A DNA stretch of 64,000 bases from positions 1,984,001-2,048,000 of the forward strand of contig CBDCDC010000002.1 of the NCBI GenBank assembly GCA_965215195.1, in the 5' to 3' direction. The notes below the pieces were generated by a model. The model did not search any database. It was not told the DNA's origin and saw nothing but the letters and a program-made list of their open reading frames with translations. Positions 1 through 11,300 of this stretch are shown one piece after another; position 1 is the first letter of the stretch, and every line of letters begins with the position of its first letter. The position numbers and the translations under genes were made by a program. The stretch is from Candidatus Latescibacterota bacterium (GTDB lineage: Bacteria; Latescibacterota; UBA2968; UBA8231).

Positions 1-403
1 TGACGACCCGCACACGCGCATGGACTTCCGGGCCGACCAAGGCCGCCAACTCGGCTGGCGTCTGCGCCCGGTGCAGTCCCAAGGCCACGACTACGGTCAC
101 GTCGGCGTCCGACACACCTGCGGCGGCCAATTCCTCTAGCACCGGCGGCAACAGGCGATCGGTCGGGCACGGCCGGGTCCCATCGCTGACCACAATCGCG
201 ACCTGCTGACCGGGCCGGACCAACGCCCGCAACGCCGGCGTCCCCAACGGGCGGCCCAAGGCTTGGCGCACCACTTCTTGCTCGGCGCGGTCGCCGTTGG
301 GCGCGGCCTTGGGCAGCACCACGCCGAGCAGGCGCTCGGTGGACACGGCGACCGGCAGGTAGCCATCGCCAAAGGGGAGCTTGAGTTCGGTTGTTGGCGT
401 CAT
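1..403 (-). CDS. Nickel-dependent lactate racemase (LarA/DUF2088) family protein, runs off window start
   Basis: Manual translation from ATG at 403: MTPTTELKLPFGDG...VAIVVSDGTRPCPTDRLL...VVVALGLHR; the D-x-TRP and ALGxHR motifs are typical of the LarA N-domain. Not in the ORF track because it is open at the edge. Confidence 0.8.
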   Translation of the reverse strand, partial: MTPTTELKLPFGDGYLPVAVSTERLLGVVLPKAAPNGDRAEQEVVRQALGRPLGTPALRALVRPGQQVAIVVSDGTRPCPTDRLLPPVLEELAAAGVSDADVTVVVALGLHRAQTPAELAALVGPEVHARVRVV

Positions 404-421
404 CCTGCTAACCTCAATCCA

Positions 422-1927
422 TCACCTGAGCAGCATGAAACTCGAGAGCGGCAAGCTCACGATGCGGGGGTCGTCAACGATCCCGGAGTGGTCCTGCGTG
501 ATCAGTACGCCAAAACAGGCGTTGTTGACTGATTTCTCGACGAACGACCTGATACCTAGCGTATCCCGCAAGGGCTCAATCCGACGTTGATATTTGATTT
601 CCACCGGTACGCGCTGTGCGCCGACGGTCAAGACGAAATCCACTTCGCGATCCATGCCTCGCTCGGGAAAGTGGGCGATGTCCAAGCCGTGAATGGTTGA
701 GGCGACCGAGCCGAAAATACTCTCGGCGATATGGCCGGCCAGCGCGGTGAGTTCGGGTCGCTCTGTCAGGGCTTCAGACGTCAATGGAATCTGCTCCTGA
801 AGCCAACTCGCGCACAAGCCGTGATCGGCCAGACAAAGTTTGGCACTCCCGCGCTTTCTTTTGAGCCGGATCTCGAGCGGCGGAATCAAGCGCAGCAGCA
901 GGGTGTCGCCGAGAAACTGCAAGTAGTGCCTCACCCGCTGGCTGCCGATATTGGTGCCGAGCGCTTGACGAACCTCGTCCGCAAGGGTCGAAACCGACGG
1001 CGTCTGCCCGGCATAGCGGCAGACTAAGCGGAAGAGTTCTTCGAGCAATTGGGCATCCCGCTTCCGCCCGCGGCTGCCGACCCGAAGATCGTGTTGGATG
1101 ACGCGCTTGATCACCGTTTCGTTCAACTGGTCCGCGAGCAACGGCCATTCGACATCCTTTTGCTTGTGGACGATGGGATAGCCGCCCCGCTCTGAAAAAT
1201 GCCGAAACGCCTCGTTCCGAAACGCTGTGTTCGCCTCCCCGTGTGCGCGCAGTTCCCGCCAGAAATTCTTGTCGAGCAAGAATCTCAGGCCGTTGTCCGG
1301 CAGGAATGGCTTCGGCGTCTCCAACTCGCGCAACGCGCCAATTTCGGTCAGCGAAAGCACGCCTGCCTCAACCGTGCTGATGCGCCCGGCCAAGCTGTCC
1401 CGCCCCATTTCAATCCGCAGCGCGGAACTCCCCGTAACCACGACCTTTACCGAGGCGTTATCGACAAGTGACTTGAGCTCAGCACTCCAGTTTTCAAGGT
1501 TTTGAATCTCGTCAAAGAATAGGTGCGCTTTCCGACCATCCCGCGCCAACATGTTGAAACGATTCTTTGCCACTTCCACTTCAAACCAATCACAAATACG
1601 AAAAATCAGACTGCTTATGCCATCCCAAGACTTCAGTTCATCGAACGGCACCCAAAGAATGCTCGTGGGGAGAATGCCTTCTTCGAGCAAATCCACAATG
1701 ACTTGAAACTGCGCTGTGGTTTTTCCCACTTGGCGAGGGCCGCGCACCGCGACAATCGGGGCGATTTCCGCGTCCAGACGACGGCGTATCTGCGCTACCA
1801 AGTGGCGGCGCGTTCTCGGTTGCGGGGGCATGGGAGCCTCCTCCCACCAAGGGTTCAGACGACGCAAGTCAGCGGTCAATTCGGGCGGCAGCTCGCCATC
1901 AGTATAATATGATTTCAGCCGGCTCAT
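422..1927 (-). CDS. AAA-family ATP-binding protein (AAA_14 plus DUF4143-like C-terminal nuclease-like motif)
   Basis: 501 aa; Walker A GPRQVGKTT, Walker B FFDEIQ, VTGSS, C-terminal EVDFV...PVEIKY. Confidence 0.85.
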   Translation of the reverse strand: MSRLKSYYTDGELPPELTADLRRLNPWWEEAPMPPQPRTRRHLVAQIRRRLDAEIAPIVAVRGPRQVGKTTAQFQVIVDLLEEGILPTSILWVPFDELKSWDGISSLIFRICDWFEVEVAKNRFNMLARDGRKAHLFFDEIQNLENWSAELKSLVDNASVKVVVTGSSALRIEMGRDSLAGRISTVEAGVLSLTEIGALRELETPKPFLPDNGLRFLLDKNFWRELRAHGEANTAFRNEAFRHFSERGGYPIVHKQKDVEWPLLADQLNETVIKRVIQHDLRVGSRGRKRDAQLLEELFRLVCRYAGQTPSVSTLADEVRQALGTNIGSQRVRHYLQFLGDTLLLRLIPPLEIRLKRKRGSAKLCLADHGLCASWLQEQIPLTSEALTERPELTALAGHIAESIFGSVASTIHGLDIAHFPERGMDREVDFVLTVGAQRVPVEIKYQRRIEPLRDTLGIRSFVEKSVNNACFGVLITQDHSGIVDDPRIVSLPLSSFMLLR

Positions 1928-1978
1928 TGTTTCAGCGTCCCGTCTTGAAATGAGTTCACAGCGACCGCAGGTTACAAA

Positions 1979-3193
1979 TCACTCAGAGAGTGAACAGATT
2001 CCATTGACTTGGATAATATAAGGCTCAACGTCTGTATACCGCTGATTACGACGCCCTTTGAAATTTACCTGTAACTGCCTTGGGTTCAGAAGTTTCAAAT
2101 CTAGTTGGAGTATATCTTCAACTGTGTTTGAAAGTTTCAAATAGAGAACCAAAGCCAAACGGGCAAATTTCTGGAATCTTCCCTCCGTTTGTCCAAAAGA
2201 GCGATAGAGATCCGGGATTGGTGATTCTTGGATTTGTAGATCAGGACCATGTGATGATAAAGTCATGCCCGAAATAAAAGATTCCAGCATGGGATCACTA
2301 GTGAATCCTGCAGGATCAGTTCGATTTTGGAAACTTCTTTCATTAAGCAGGATTCTCCTTGCTCGCATTTCGGCAATCTGATCTGACGAAATGTTATTGA
2401 CCGCTACATCAGTCCCGAACCCGGAGTCTCGTCCTCCACTATCTTCCTTTAGAACGACTTTCCAAACGGTTTGAGAGTCGGATATGGTCTGGATGGCTTC
2501 CTGTGGACTTACCCACGCGGCATCTTCCTGTAGCGCAAAAGCAAGCATGTTGTCTTGGGCAAAATGGTTCCCGACATTATCTCTCAATGAACGAAGAAAG
2601 GCAACTTGATCGGACGATTCAGGAAGAAGCTCGAGAGAGATTTCCGTCGAAGCCCAACGTGCGTCTCGAAACGGAATAAAATACTGTTTTCCATCTTCCA
2701 GACGTAACAGCACATGTTCGTCGAGATCGCTCTTGACTGCGGCGGAAGTCGGTTTCTCAGTCGATATTGTCTGCGATGTCGTGCCCGACAACTTGTCCAC
2801 TAAAATCTTATAAATTTCTTCTATGGACATCGAACGTAAATCGAGATACCCGACCGTTGACAAAAGTCCCGGAATCTCCGTATCGTCAATACGGATTGGG
2901 AGAATATATTCCTTATTTTCCTCAAATGCCCTTGCCTGAGCACTCTGGCGTTCGTGGTTCGACCACAGCTTCTGCGCGTAGTGTCTTGATAGGAACATGA
3001 CACAATAGCGAGCCTGATCCTTGTAAACTGATGACAAGTGCTCATAGATATTCTTGCCCCACAAGGTAGCTTGCTCGTACTCGTCGTAAAAGACTGAATA
3101 TTCATCAGATTTGAGAAGACTTGCCAACGCCTCGGCATGGTGTCGATCTTCCCCTGCAAAAGAGAAGACAACATCATAATCATATTCTTGCAT
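1979..3193 (-). CDS. TIR (TIR_2) domain protein with an unrecognised ~250 aa C-terminal region
   Basis: N-terminus YDVVFSFAGEDR...VFYDEYEQATLWGKN...ARYCVMFLSRHYAQKLWSNHE (catalytic Glu position present)...ILPIRIDDTEIPGL. Confidence 0.85.
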   Translation of the reverse strand: MQEYDYDVVFSFAGEDRHHAEALASLLKSDEYSVFYDEYEQATLWGKNIYEHLSSVYKDQARYCVMFLSRHYAQKLWSNHERQSAQARAFEENKEYILPIRIDDTEIPGLLSTVGYLDLRSMSIEEIYKILVDKLSGTTSQTISTEKPTSAAVKSDLDEHVLLRLEDGKQYFIPFRDARWASTEISLELLPESSDQVAFLRSLRDNVGNHFAQDNMLAFALQEDAAWVSPQEAIQTISDSQTVWKVVLKEDSGGRDSGFGTDVAVNNISSDQIAEMRARRILLNERSFQNRTDPAGFTSDPMLESFISGMTLSSHGPDLQIQESPIPDLYRSFGQTEGRFQKFARLALVLYLKLSNTVEDILQLDLKLLNPRQLQVNFKGRRNQRYTDVEPYIIQVNGICSLSE

Positions 3194-4619
3194 TTCTTAA
3201 CTCCTCCAACTTAGCTTCAAGGTTTTCCACTGCTTCTATTGCCTCAGAAATCTCTTTTCTGATGACGGTGATAATGCGAGAATGGCTGAGAGGGTTTAGG
3301 ATAAGGTTTCGGTACAGTTCGATCTCGTCAATGAATGTCTGTTCTAAAAAGGGTGTACCATCCCTGCTCTTGCCCTCTTTTATTGGCATCCAGAAGTCTT
3401 CGCTTGTCAGACTCTTCGGATTTTCGCGGTACTTGACTTGGAGATTCGTCTTCTCGCAGAATTTCTTGATTGCCACTTCAAAGGCGGTGCGAAGGTAAAT
3501 GACGCAGGCTTTGTAGTCGTTGGCCTCGAAATACTCTTTCGCCTTTTCAAGATACGCTCGATCTTCTATGTAGATCGGAATTTCGTATTCGTCGGTCTTC
3601 GAGAAGTAAAATTCAGCGTATTTCCATTCGCTATCTGCCGTCCGCTGCCTGACAATTTCATACCAAGCGCGATCGTAGGTCATGAAGAATATCTGATAAT
3701 CTGAGAAGTATTCTTTAAGAATGTCGATTACTGGGAGGCGGTTTGACATATCCAGACCAATCAACACGTCATCCAGCGCGAGAATTTTCAGATCGCTCTT
3801 TGGCTGAAGCAGGAATGACGAGAAGGAGATGGCTACGGCGATAGCCGACAATTTTGCCTCATTCAGAAAGTGATGATGCGAAGGTATGTCTCTGTCGAAG
3901 AACTTGATCGTCAAGAGTATCTGCTGGTTATCAAGCGTCTTGTCGTTGCGGTTGTAGGTGATACCCCGAAAACTGAAATCGAGGGCAACATTGTATTCAA
4001 ACTTACCGAGTATTTCGGATGCCTGCCTTTGTAGTTCTTTTAATTTACCAGCCAATCCATTGTTGAAGTTCTGTATCTGTTCTTCCAGTGCCTCAACTTG
4101 TTTTTTTGTGTTTCGGAATGGGATTGCCCGTTGAAGATCATTCCAATCGTCGACAAAACTTTGATCCGTCACGTCGTTGACAGTGTTGGCCAAGAGATTA
4201 TTGACCAGCAAATTGAAGACATTCACGGCCTGATCTTCGCGTTGAATATAGTGCGTCGCCAGAAGTGTCTTATAGTCGAGAAAGCCTTTCGTCTTAGACG
4301 CATCAATAATCAGAGTGTCATGTGTCTCTTTAACGGTTTGCGACCATTCGTAAGCATGCTGTTTTGACTGCGGATCAGCGCGGAGATGCAGTTTGATGTA
4401 GCCACTATCATCGTCCTTGATAAAGATATTCTGATGCGTTTCAAATTGATGCTCACTTACAGTGGATTCCAAGAATAACTTTAATGCCAGATATAGCGAT
4501 GATTTTCCACTCCCATTTTCGCCGTAAATGAGCAGATTTTTTCCTGACTTGTGCAGGTTGATTTGGTATGAGCCGTAGAAGGCCCTGAAGTTTTTAATTT
4601 CGATCTCTGTAATTCTCAT
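3180..4619 (-). CDS. ABC/SMC-like ATPase with probable C-terminal HEPN domain (RloC/PrrC-like)
   Basis: IKNFRAF, Walker A GENGSGKSS, coiled coil, degenerate signature FLNEAK, Walker B ILALDD, MTYD; C-terminal YLRTAFE ... YRNLILNPLSH. Confidence 0.7.
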   Translation of the reverse strand: MRITEIEIKNFRAFYGSYQINLHKSGKNLLIYGENGSGKSSLYLALKLFLESTVSEHQFETHQNIFIKDDDSGYIKLHLRADPQSKQHAYEWSQTVKETHDTLIIDASKTKGFLDYKTLLATHYIQREDQAVNVFNLLVNNLLANTVNDVTDQSFVDDWNDLQRAIPFRNTKKQVEALEEQIQNFNNGLAGKLKELQRQASEILGKFEYNVALDFSFRGITYNRNDKTLDNQQILLTIKFFDRDIPSHHHFLNEAKLSAIAVAISFSSFLLQPKSDLKILALDDVLIGLDMSNRLPVIDILKEYFSDYQIFFMTYDRAWYEIVRQRTADSEWKYAEFYFSKTDEYEIPIYIEDRAYLEKAKEYFEANDYKACVIYLRTAFEVAIKKFCEKTNLQVKYRENPKSLTSEDFWMPIKEGKSRDGTPFLEQTFIDEIELYRNLILNPLSHSRIITVIRKEISEAIEAVENLEAKLEELRNARI

Positions 4620-7600
4620 GTCTTACCTTCAATAATGCGGATGGCCTCCAAACTGCCGAGAAAGAAAAGGTTCTTTCGCACAGGATGCTTTTTGTCAAAC
4701 AGCCGCTCGAAAATGCCGCGAAGTGCGGACATTTTGTCGCCAGTGATTTCCTCAACTGGGGGCAGACGCTCGTCCAACAACGGTTTGAAGAAGTATTTGC
4801 CCGCACGATGGAGTTCATCGGTCAGGTAGAGTTCGTAAACCAGTCCGTCGATGATCTGCTCAAAATACTTGACCATCACATAGTCGCGGGCATGGGCTAA
4901 GTTTTTGCCGTGCGTAGAGGGCTGCTTCTTGAGGTAGATGATGTAATCGACAATTTTGATAATCGGGGCCTGTTGCTCCGTGGAAATTTTGGGGATAGGC
5001 AGGCGTTCAATGAACATCGGCTTGTATTCGTAATAGCCTCCGTCCCTTTCCACCCCAATCAGTCGAAAATACCAGTCCAGCAACTTTGAGTTGAGAACTG
5101 CGAGCAGGTAATGACTGAATGGCGTCAGCATCGTTGTGGGTGCGCTCACAAACATATCTTCGGGCACGTAAGAAAACTTGGCCTGATTGGCCAAGTTGCC
5201 CCACGCTATTTTCTTTTGATCAAAATCGGTGTGATAGGCGCAGTTGCGGAGATTGTACGGTGTCCTGCCTTTATCCTGTCGTTTTTCCAGTTGGGAATAG
5301 AATCCGTCCAAGTGGCTCTTGACGGCAGGGTAATCGTCAATGTTGACGGCTGGAACATCGTCGTATCCGTTATGCGTGTCAATCAACCACAAGTCCGCCC
5401 ACTGCGCCTGATACCGCTGAATGTCCCGGCCGCGCAGAACCGGCTTGATAATCTCGGCGGAATTCGGATCTTCGGCAATCAACGATTGCTTGGTCGCGTC
5501 GTCAATGATGAAAGCGTCGTTGTAGCCGGTTATGACTCCACGATTGATTGTCACGTCCCACTCTTTCAGTGGCATCCCGGAGGCTTCCATTTTATCTCTT
5601 ATTCGCTGTCCCTTCTCGGATAAGACAATCCACGTTTCGCCATTCTCAAGGCGAATATGCGTCCATTCGGTTGGCGGAAATTGCTGTGTCGCTTGACGCA
5701 TGTCAGCCGCATACAGCGCGTTCTTGTTGGGTGATCGATTGACCAACAGGATGCAGGTGTTTACCGTTACGTTGTCAAACACACCTGCGCCGAGGTTGAC
5801 CAGTCGTATCGGATTTTGACTTTCGATAAATTTTCGCAAGGCTCGTCCACTGTCAACTCGCATCCATTGATTAGACGATATAAAGCAAACACATCCTGTG
5901 CCCTGTTTCAGGAGGTTTATCGCTTTCTCGTAGAAAAGCTGGTAGATGTCGCCGGTGCGGGCGAAGGTTTCGTAGCCGGCGTTCTTGTAGAGCCGCCCCA
6001 ATTCGCCTTGGTTTTTCTGCAACTGAATATACGGCGGATTGCCAATCACCACATCAAATCCATCTGTCATGCCGAACATGTATTCGGTATCAAACCAATC
6101 GGCTTTGGCGTTCTGATCGTAGGGATCCCAATGGGCGATTTTGTCGGCGTCGTCCTCGGGCAGGCCGGCCGCGTTCAATTCCCTTGCTAATGCCTCGCGC
6201 AACCTTTTGTCCTCGTTCTTGCAGTCCAGCTTTTGTGGTCGCGTGGTCGCGTGAAAATGCCGCTCGCGGTTTTCCGCTAATTTCGTTTTCAGGCTCTCAA
6301 TCTGTTGACGGAACAAGTCCAGTTGAGCCGCATCTTCGAGCTTCAGTAGCGTATTGGCCGCCACAAAGCGCGTCTCCAGATTGGGCAGAGGTTTGATGCC
6401 GAAGTTATCCGCGGCCTCATCTGCTTCCTGCTCAATGGCTAGCGAAATGAAAAAGCGCAACTTGGCGATCTGGCCGGCCACGGGCTGGATATCCACGCCG
6501 AAGATGCTGTTTTGGATCAGGTACAGCTTGCGCCCGAAATCCGAATCCCGATAACGCTCGAAGGTGGCACTGATTTCGGTCAGTTCGGCATCGCGATCTT
6601 CCTGATCGTCCGTTTCGTACGCCGACTTCGTCCGTTCCATAGCGAGCTCTTTTTGCAACTGCTCCCAGCGGCTGTTGTCGGGATCGATCCGCCGCAAGGC
6701 CAAAGTAAGTTTGTGCAACACGCCCATGGGAAACGCGCCAGAACCGACCGCCGGGTCAAGCACCTTGATCTCGGAAATCGCCCGCACCAAGCCCTCGGCC
6801 TCGTCTACCTCAAAAAGTTCATGGGCATCGTTGAACGCATCCTCATAATCCAACAAATAGCGCAGCCGTTCCTGCCAGAAATCGCGGTCGCCATCATCGG
6901 GTCGCGCTTTTTCCGTCAAAAACGCCACCAACGCCTCGTCCACCATGTAGTCCACCACAACGCGGGGCGTGTAGTAGGAGCCGGTCTGCTTGCGGGCGGT
7001 GTCGCGGGTCTCTGGATTGTAGGCCGCCAACAGGTTCTCAAACACCTTGCCGAGAAGCTCCGGATCAAGCGCGACTTCCTGCTCTATGGGCGTGTTCTCC
7101 TCTACGGTGAACTTGTAGTGGGTGAGCAGGGGGAATAAGCCGCGCTCTTGGTCAAAGAACAGGTCGTCGGGGACGTTAAGTTCGCGCCACGCCGTGCGTC
7201 GTGCATCTGGGTATTGCGTCGGGTCGGGATCACTGAACATGTCGATCCGTTTGCCGCCGGCACTGCGCGAATCTTCGCTGTCCAAGCAGTCGAATAAACC
7301 GCCGTTGATGAAAGGGGTTTGCTTCATCAATCCCTCAAACCGCGTTTCATTTCTCATCAGAGAGCGATAGCGGTAACGGGAAAAGACACGGTGGCTGTCA
7401 TAAGTCCGCGTACTGAAACCGCGCTCGCCTATCTCGGTGTTGAGGGTGGCGAAAAAGAGATTCTGCAATATGGCGCGGTAGTAATCGGATCCCCCGAAAT
7501 TCGCCAGCAGTTTTTCCATCTCAGCACGGATGAACCACTCCTCGGCGACGAGGCGTTTCTCTTTGATGAACCAGACAAACAGAATGCGGGTAATCAGCCG

Positions 7601-8374
7601 GATGACCTGTTGCTCAATGGGCGAATCCGATGGAAATGTCGCTGCACTCACCGCCCTTTCAAACCAAGCGAACAACTCCCCATAGAACCGCCGATTCAAT
7701 TCTTCCGTGTCCAGCGCCTCCAGCCAAGCGTCTAACAGGCCGTCAAAATTGTGCGCTTTGTCGTGCTTGCTCATCCACCCCAAGTGCTCGTCCAACGCCA
7801 AGTCCGCCAGTATGTCGAGATGGGCGCGGTGCGGAGCGGCCGGGTCGATCTCCCGTATCAGCGACACGTTGCCCAGCACATCGCGGTTGGGATCGCGCTT
7901 GTGAGGGCGGCGGTGAACAAAGGACAGGGAGAGGAGGCTGTCAGCGGTCTTGAATAGCACCACCGTCGGCATTGGAAACCGCTTGTTGATCTCGCGGGTA
8001 ACGGTGGCGTATTGGCCGCGGGGGTAGGACGTGCCGTTTAGCTCCACAGCGGCAAAGAGGAAGCTACGCGCATTGCCCGCGTCAAAATCGCCCGCGTCGA
8101 ACAACGCACTTTGCGCCGCGATCTCGGCATCAGTCAACTGAAAGAGGATGCGCACGGATTGGACGTTAGCGCAGAATGCCTGCTCGGTCTTGGTGTTTTC
8201 ATTAGCCGCCGGAAATTGCTCGATAAAGTCATCCGCGCTTCCCAAAAGTTCGAGGGTGCGCTCGCTGCGGTAGCCCAACACATCAAGCAAATGAACGGCA
8301 CTTTTGGACCACTCACCCTTTTGGAAGCGCCGTACGGCTTCATCTATCGCCTGTTTGTATTCCGCATCATTCAT
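4616..8374 (-). CDS. Large N6-adenine DNA methyltransferase, Eco57I/type IIG-like, with TaqI_C-like target-recognition domain
   Basis: 1252 aa; INGGLF, LGKVFENLL, GSYYTP, motif I DPAVGSGAF, GVDIQ, motif IV IGNPPY, C-terminal LAVLNSKL...LPIP. Confidence 0.9.
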   Translation of the reverse strand: MNDAEYKQAIDEAVRRFQKGEWSKSAVHLLDVLGYRSERTLELLGSADDFIEQFPAANENTKTEQAFCANVQSVRILFQLTDAEIAAQSALFDAGDFDAGNARSFLFAAVELNGTSYPRGQYATVTREINKRFPMPTVVLFKTADSLLSLSFVHRRPHKRDPNRDVLGNVSLIREIDPAAPHRAHLDILADLALDEHLGWMSKHDKAHNFDGLLDAWLEALDTEELNRRFYGELFAWFERAVSAATFPSDSPIEQQVIRLITRILFVWFIKEKRLVAEEWFIRAEMEKLLANFGGSDYYRAILQNLFFATLNTEIGERGFSTRTYDSHRVFSRYRYRSLMRNETRFEGLMKQTPFINGGLFDCLDSEDSRSAGGKRIDMFSDPDPTQYPDARRTAWRELNVPDDLFFDQERGLFPLLTHYKFTVEENTPIEQEVALDPELLGKVFENLLAAYNPETRDTARKQTGSYYTPRVVVDYMVDEALVAFLTEKARPDDGDRDFWQERLRYLLDYEDAFNDAHELFEVDEAEGLVRAISEIKVLDPAVGSGAFPMGVLHKLTLALRRIDPDNSRWEQLQKELAMERTKSAYETDDQEDRDAELTEISATFERYRDSDFGRKLYLIQNSIFGVDIQPVAGQIAKLRFFISLAIEQEADEAADNFGIKPLPNLETRFVAANTLLKLEDAAQLDLFRQQIESLKTKLAENRERHFHATTRPQKLDCKNEDKRLREALARELNAAGLPEDDADKIAHWDPYDQNAKADWFDTEYMFGMTDGFDVVIGNPPYIQLQKNQGELGRLYKNAGYETFARTGDIYQLFYEKAINLLKQGTGCVCFISSNQWMRVDSGRALRKFIESQNPIRLVNLGAGVFDNVTVNTCILLVNRSPNKNALYAADMRQATQQFPPTEWTHIRLENGETWIVLSEKGQRIRDKMEASGMPLKEWDVTINRGVITGYNDAFIIDDATKQSLIAEDPNSAEIIKPVLRGRDIQRYQAQWADLWLIDTHNGYDDVPAVNIDDYPAVKSHLDGFYSQLEKRQDKGRTPYNLRNCAYHTDFDQKKIAWGNLANQAKFSYVPEDMFVSAPTTMLTPFSHYLLAVLNSKLLDWYFRLIGVERDGGYYEYKPMFIERLPIPKISTEQQAPIIKIVDYIIYLKKQPSTHGKNLAHARDYVMVKYFEQIIDGLVYELYLTDELHRAGKYFFKPLLDERLPPVEEITGDKMSALRGIFERLFDKKHPVRKNLFFLGSLEAIRIIEGKT

Positions 8375-11300
8375 CTTTAATCACCAGCCATGTCACAAGT
8401 TCAAAATCCGTCGTTTTGTCGACCTGTTCATCGAGCTTAGGCAAGACGCTACTGCGACTGGATAAGAGATTGCCAATAGCCCGTTTCTTGTACGTGCTGC
8501 TCAGGGATTGCACCGCTTTTTCGAGCAGACCGTTGTATGGCGTCATGTCTTCACCGTTGTCCGTCTGCGCGTCGAACAGGGCGCACAGTTCCTCGTGCGG
8601 ATTTTTCACCCCGGCACACAACAAACGGTACAGCTCGAGAATCTGCTTGGGTTGGGCAAAGGTAAAGCGCACGTCGCCGTTTTCCCGAACATAGACGAGG
8701 AAGTACGGGTGCAGCGAATTGATCTGCTCGTTTTCCGTTGAATCGCCCTTTTGCCGCAGGCAGAAAACAACGCCCGGGGTAATCACTGGGTAATCCGCGT
8801 ACGTGGGGACAACGGCATAAAGCCCCAGCGGCGCGTCTGCGAGAACTTGCCGATTGGCCTCAATGTACTTCATCAGTTCGACGCGGAAATCGTCGAGGGT
8901 AAATTCATTGAGCGCAATGCTTTCGCTGAAATCCTCGAGGTCTAATAGTTCGTCTTTCAAGCGCAGCAATTGCTTGTCGCGGTATTTGAGGTCATCGGCA
9001 ATCACGTCTTGAATATCCTCTGCCGCCAGCAGATTATCTCCCTGCGTGGCGGCGATATCTACCAATGCCATGCGCGCCTCAACGCGACTTTTCAGGTTGA
9101 TGTAGCGGTTGAGATCGGGCGTGGGCCAGAAGTTGACGAGTTGAACGCTGCGGTTGATGCTGCCGATGCGGTCAATGCGTCCAAACCGTTGAATGATACG
9201 CACCGGATTCCAGTGAATGTCGTAGTTAATCAGGTAATCGCAATCTTGCAGATTTTGTCCTTCAGAAATGCAGTCTGTGCCGATCAGCAAGTCGATCTCG
9301 CCCTCCTGCGGCATGGATTGCATCTGGGCGCGTTTCTTGGCAACCGGAGAAAAGTTCGTCAGAATGTGACTGAAGTCGCGCTTGCCAAACGTCGTTTGAT
9401 TCCCAGACGCGCCGCCCGCTACCATGGCAAGTTGAATCCCCAAGTCTTGGGTTGCCCATGGACGCAGGGCGTCGTAGAGATAGGCGGCCGTGTCGGCAAA
9501 ATGGGTAAAGACCAATACCTTGCGATTCGGCTGTCCGCGCTGGTCAATGGTCGGGTTTTTGACTTTTGCGGCGATGAGTTCCTTCAGTTTGGCGAGTTTA
9601 GCGTCGCGCTCGGGGATGATGTCTTTTGCAAAAAGATACGGCAATTCGAGCTGTTCTTTGTCGCATTGCAAATCCGCCAGCCATGTCTCGACGTCGAGAT
9701 GAGCCATGTTGAAGACCAGCTTTTTTCCCACCTGCATCGCTTCCTGCAACTCTTCATCCTCAAAGGCTTCAATTTCGATCTCTTCCAAATCCAAATTGGG
9801 GTTTTCATCGCGAAATGACTGAAATCGCCGGATTCGTTCTTTTAGGGCCTCAATTTTTTCAATGGTCCGCTCCAGCGTAATGGCAAAGGAATGAATGGAA
9901 CTTTCCAATCGCTTGAGAAAATTCACCTTCATCATGCCAATCAGGTAGTGTTCGCGGTCGCTTTGCGTAAAGTTTTTGATCGGCTGCCCGTCGTATTCTG
10001 AACGGTATTGGGGTAAGACGTATCTCGAAGGATTGAACAGGGAAAGCTGGTACTTGGAGATTTCGTCGTTCAACTCGTCGTACGACATAAACTGATTCTG
10101 CCGGTCAATGTCGGGAGAAACAGAAATCGGCGTACTGCGCGCTGGAAATCCACCGAGTTCTTTAAGCGAATCCCGGTAGTATTGCTCAATGTGTTTGCGG
10201 GAGCGGGCAATGGTCAACTCGTCGAGCAGCTTAAAAAAAGTGGAACTGAGCCGCTCCAGCAAAGTGGCGGTTTGTCGGTGTTCACCGCTCTGCTTCGCCC
10301 ACTCAGTAAAAGTGCGCTGCGCGGTTGCCAGTGTGTCTTTCAGACTCGCAATGCCGAGCGATTCGCAGAAGGCGTCATCGCGGCCTTCGGTCAAAAAGTA
10401 GATCTGGTTGCGTAAATCTTTCAGGTCGTTGTTGACCGGCGTAGCGGAAAGCAACAGCACTTTGGTCTTGACTCCGCTTTGGACAATATCCTCCATTAAA
10501 CGTCGATAGCGGCTCTTGCGAATCGGCACACCGTCCTCGTCTCGCTTGCCCGGTGTGTTGTTGCGGAAGTTGTGCGATTCGTCGATGACGACTAAGTCGA
10601 AATTGCCCCAGTTGAGGGTCGCCAAATCGATGTCGCCCGACTTGCCGCTGTCGCGGCTCAGATCGGTGTGTGACAGCACCGTGTAGCCGAAGCGGTCTTT
10701 GAGGAAGGGATTGAGCTCGCTGTTGTTCTGCGCTTGATAGATCGTCCAGTTGTCGCGCAGTTTCTTGGGACACAAAACGAGGACGCGGGCATTCCGCAAC
10801 TCAAAGTATTTGATCACGGCGAGGGCCTCGAAGGTCTTGCCCAAGCCAACGCTATCGGCGATGATGCAGCCGTTGTGTTGCAGCATTTTGTTGATCGCGC
10901 CCTTTGCGCCGTCCTGCTGAAATTCAAACAGGGCGTTCCATATCTCGGTATCGACGAGTTGCTGCTGTCCGGCGAGCAGACCGCTGTCTTCCTGTTTTGC
11001 CAAAAACCGCTCAAAGAGGTGAAACAGGGTTTTGTAGTAGATAAATTCTGGCGCGTGATTCTGATAGAGCTGTTCGAGATAGGACAGCACATCCGCTTTG
11101 ACATCTTCGACCCGGTCTTTGTCGTTCCAGAGTTCGTCAAACCACGCCTTCAAGTCGCGGCGGTCGCGGTTGCTATCCACCTCCAGATTGAGCTCAATGT
11201 TATTGCCCGTCGGACTCACCCCCAAGCCGCGCACGGTAAAATTGGAACTGCCCACAATCGCCTCTTGTACGCCGTTGTGGGCGATGTGGTACATTTTCCC

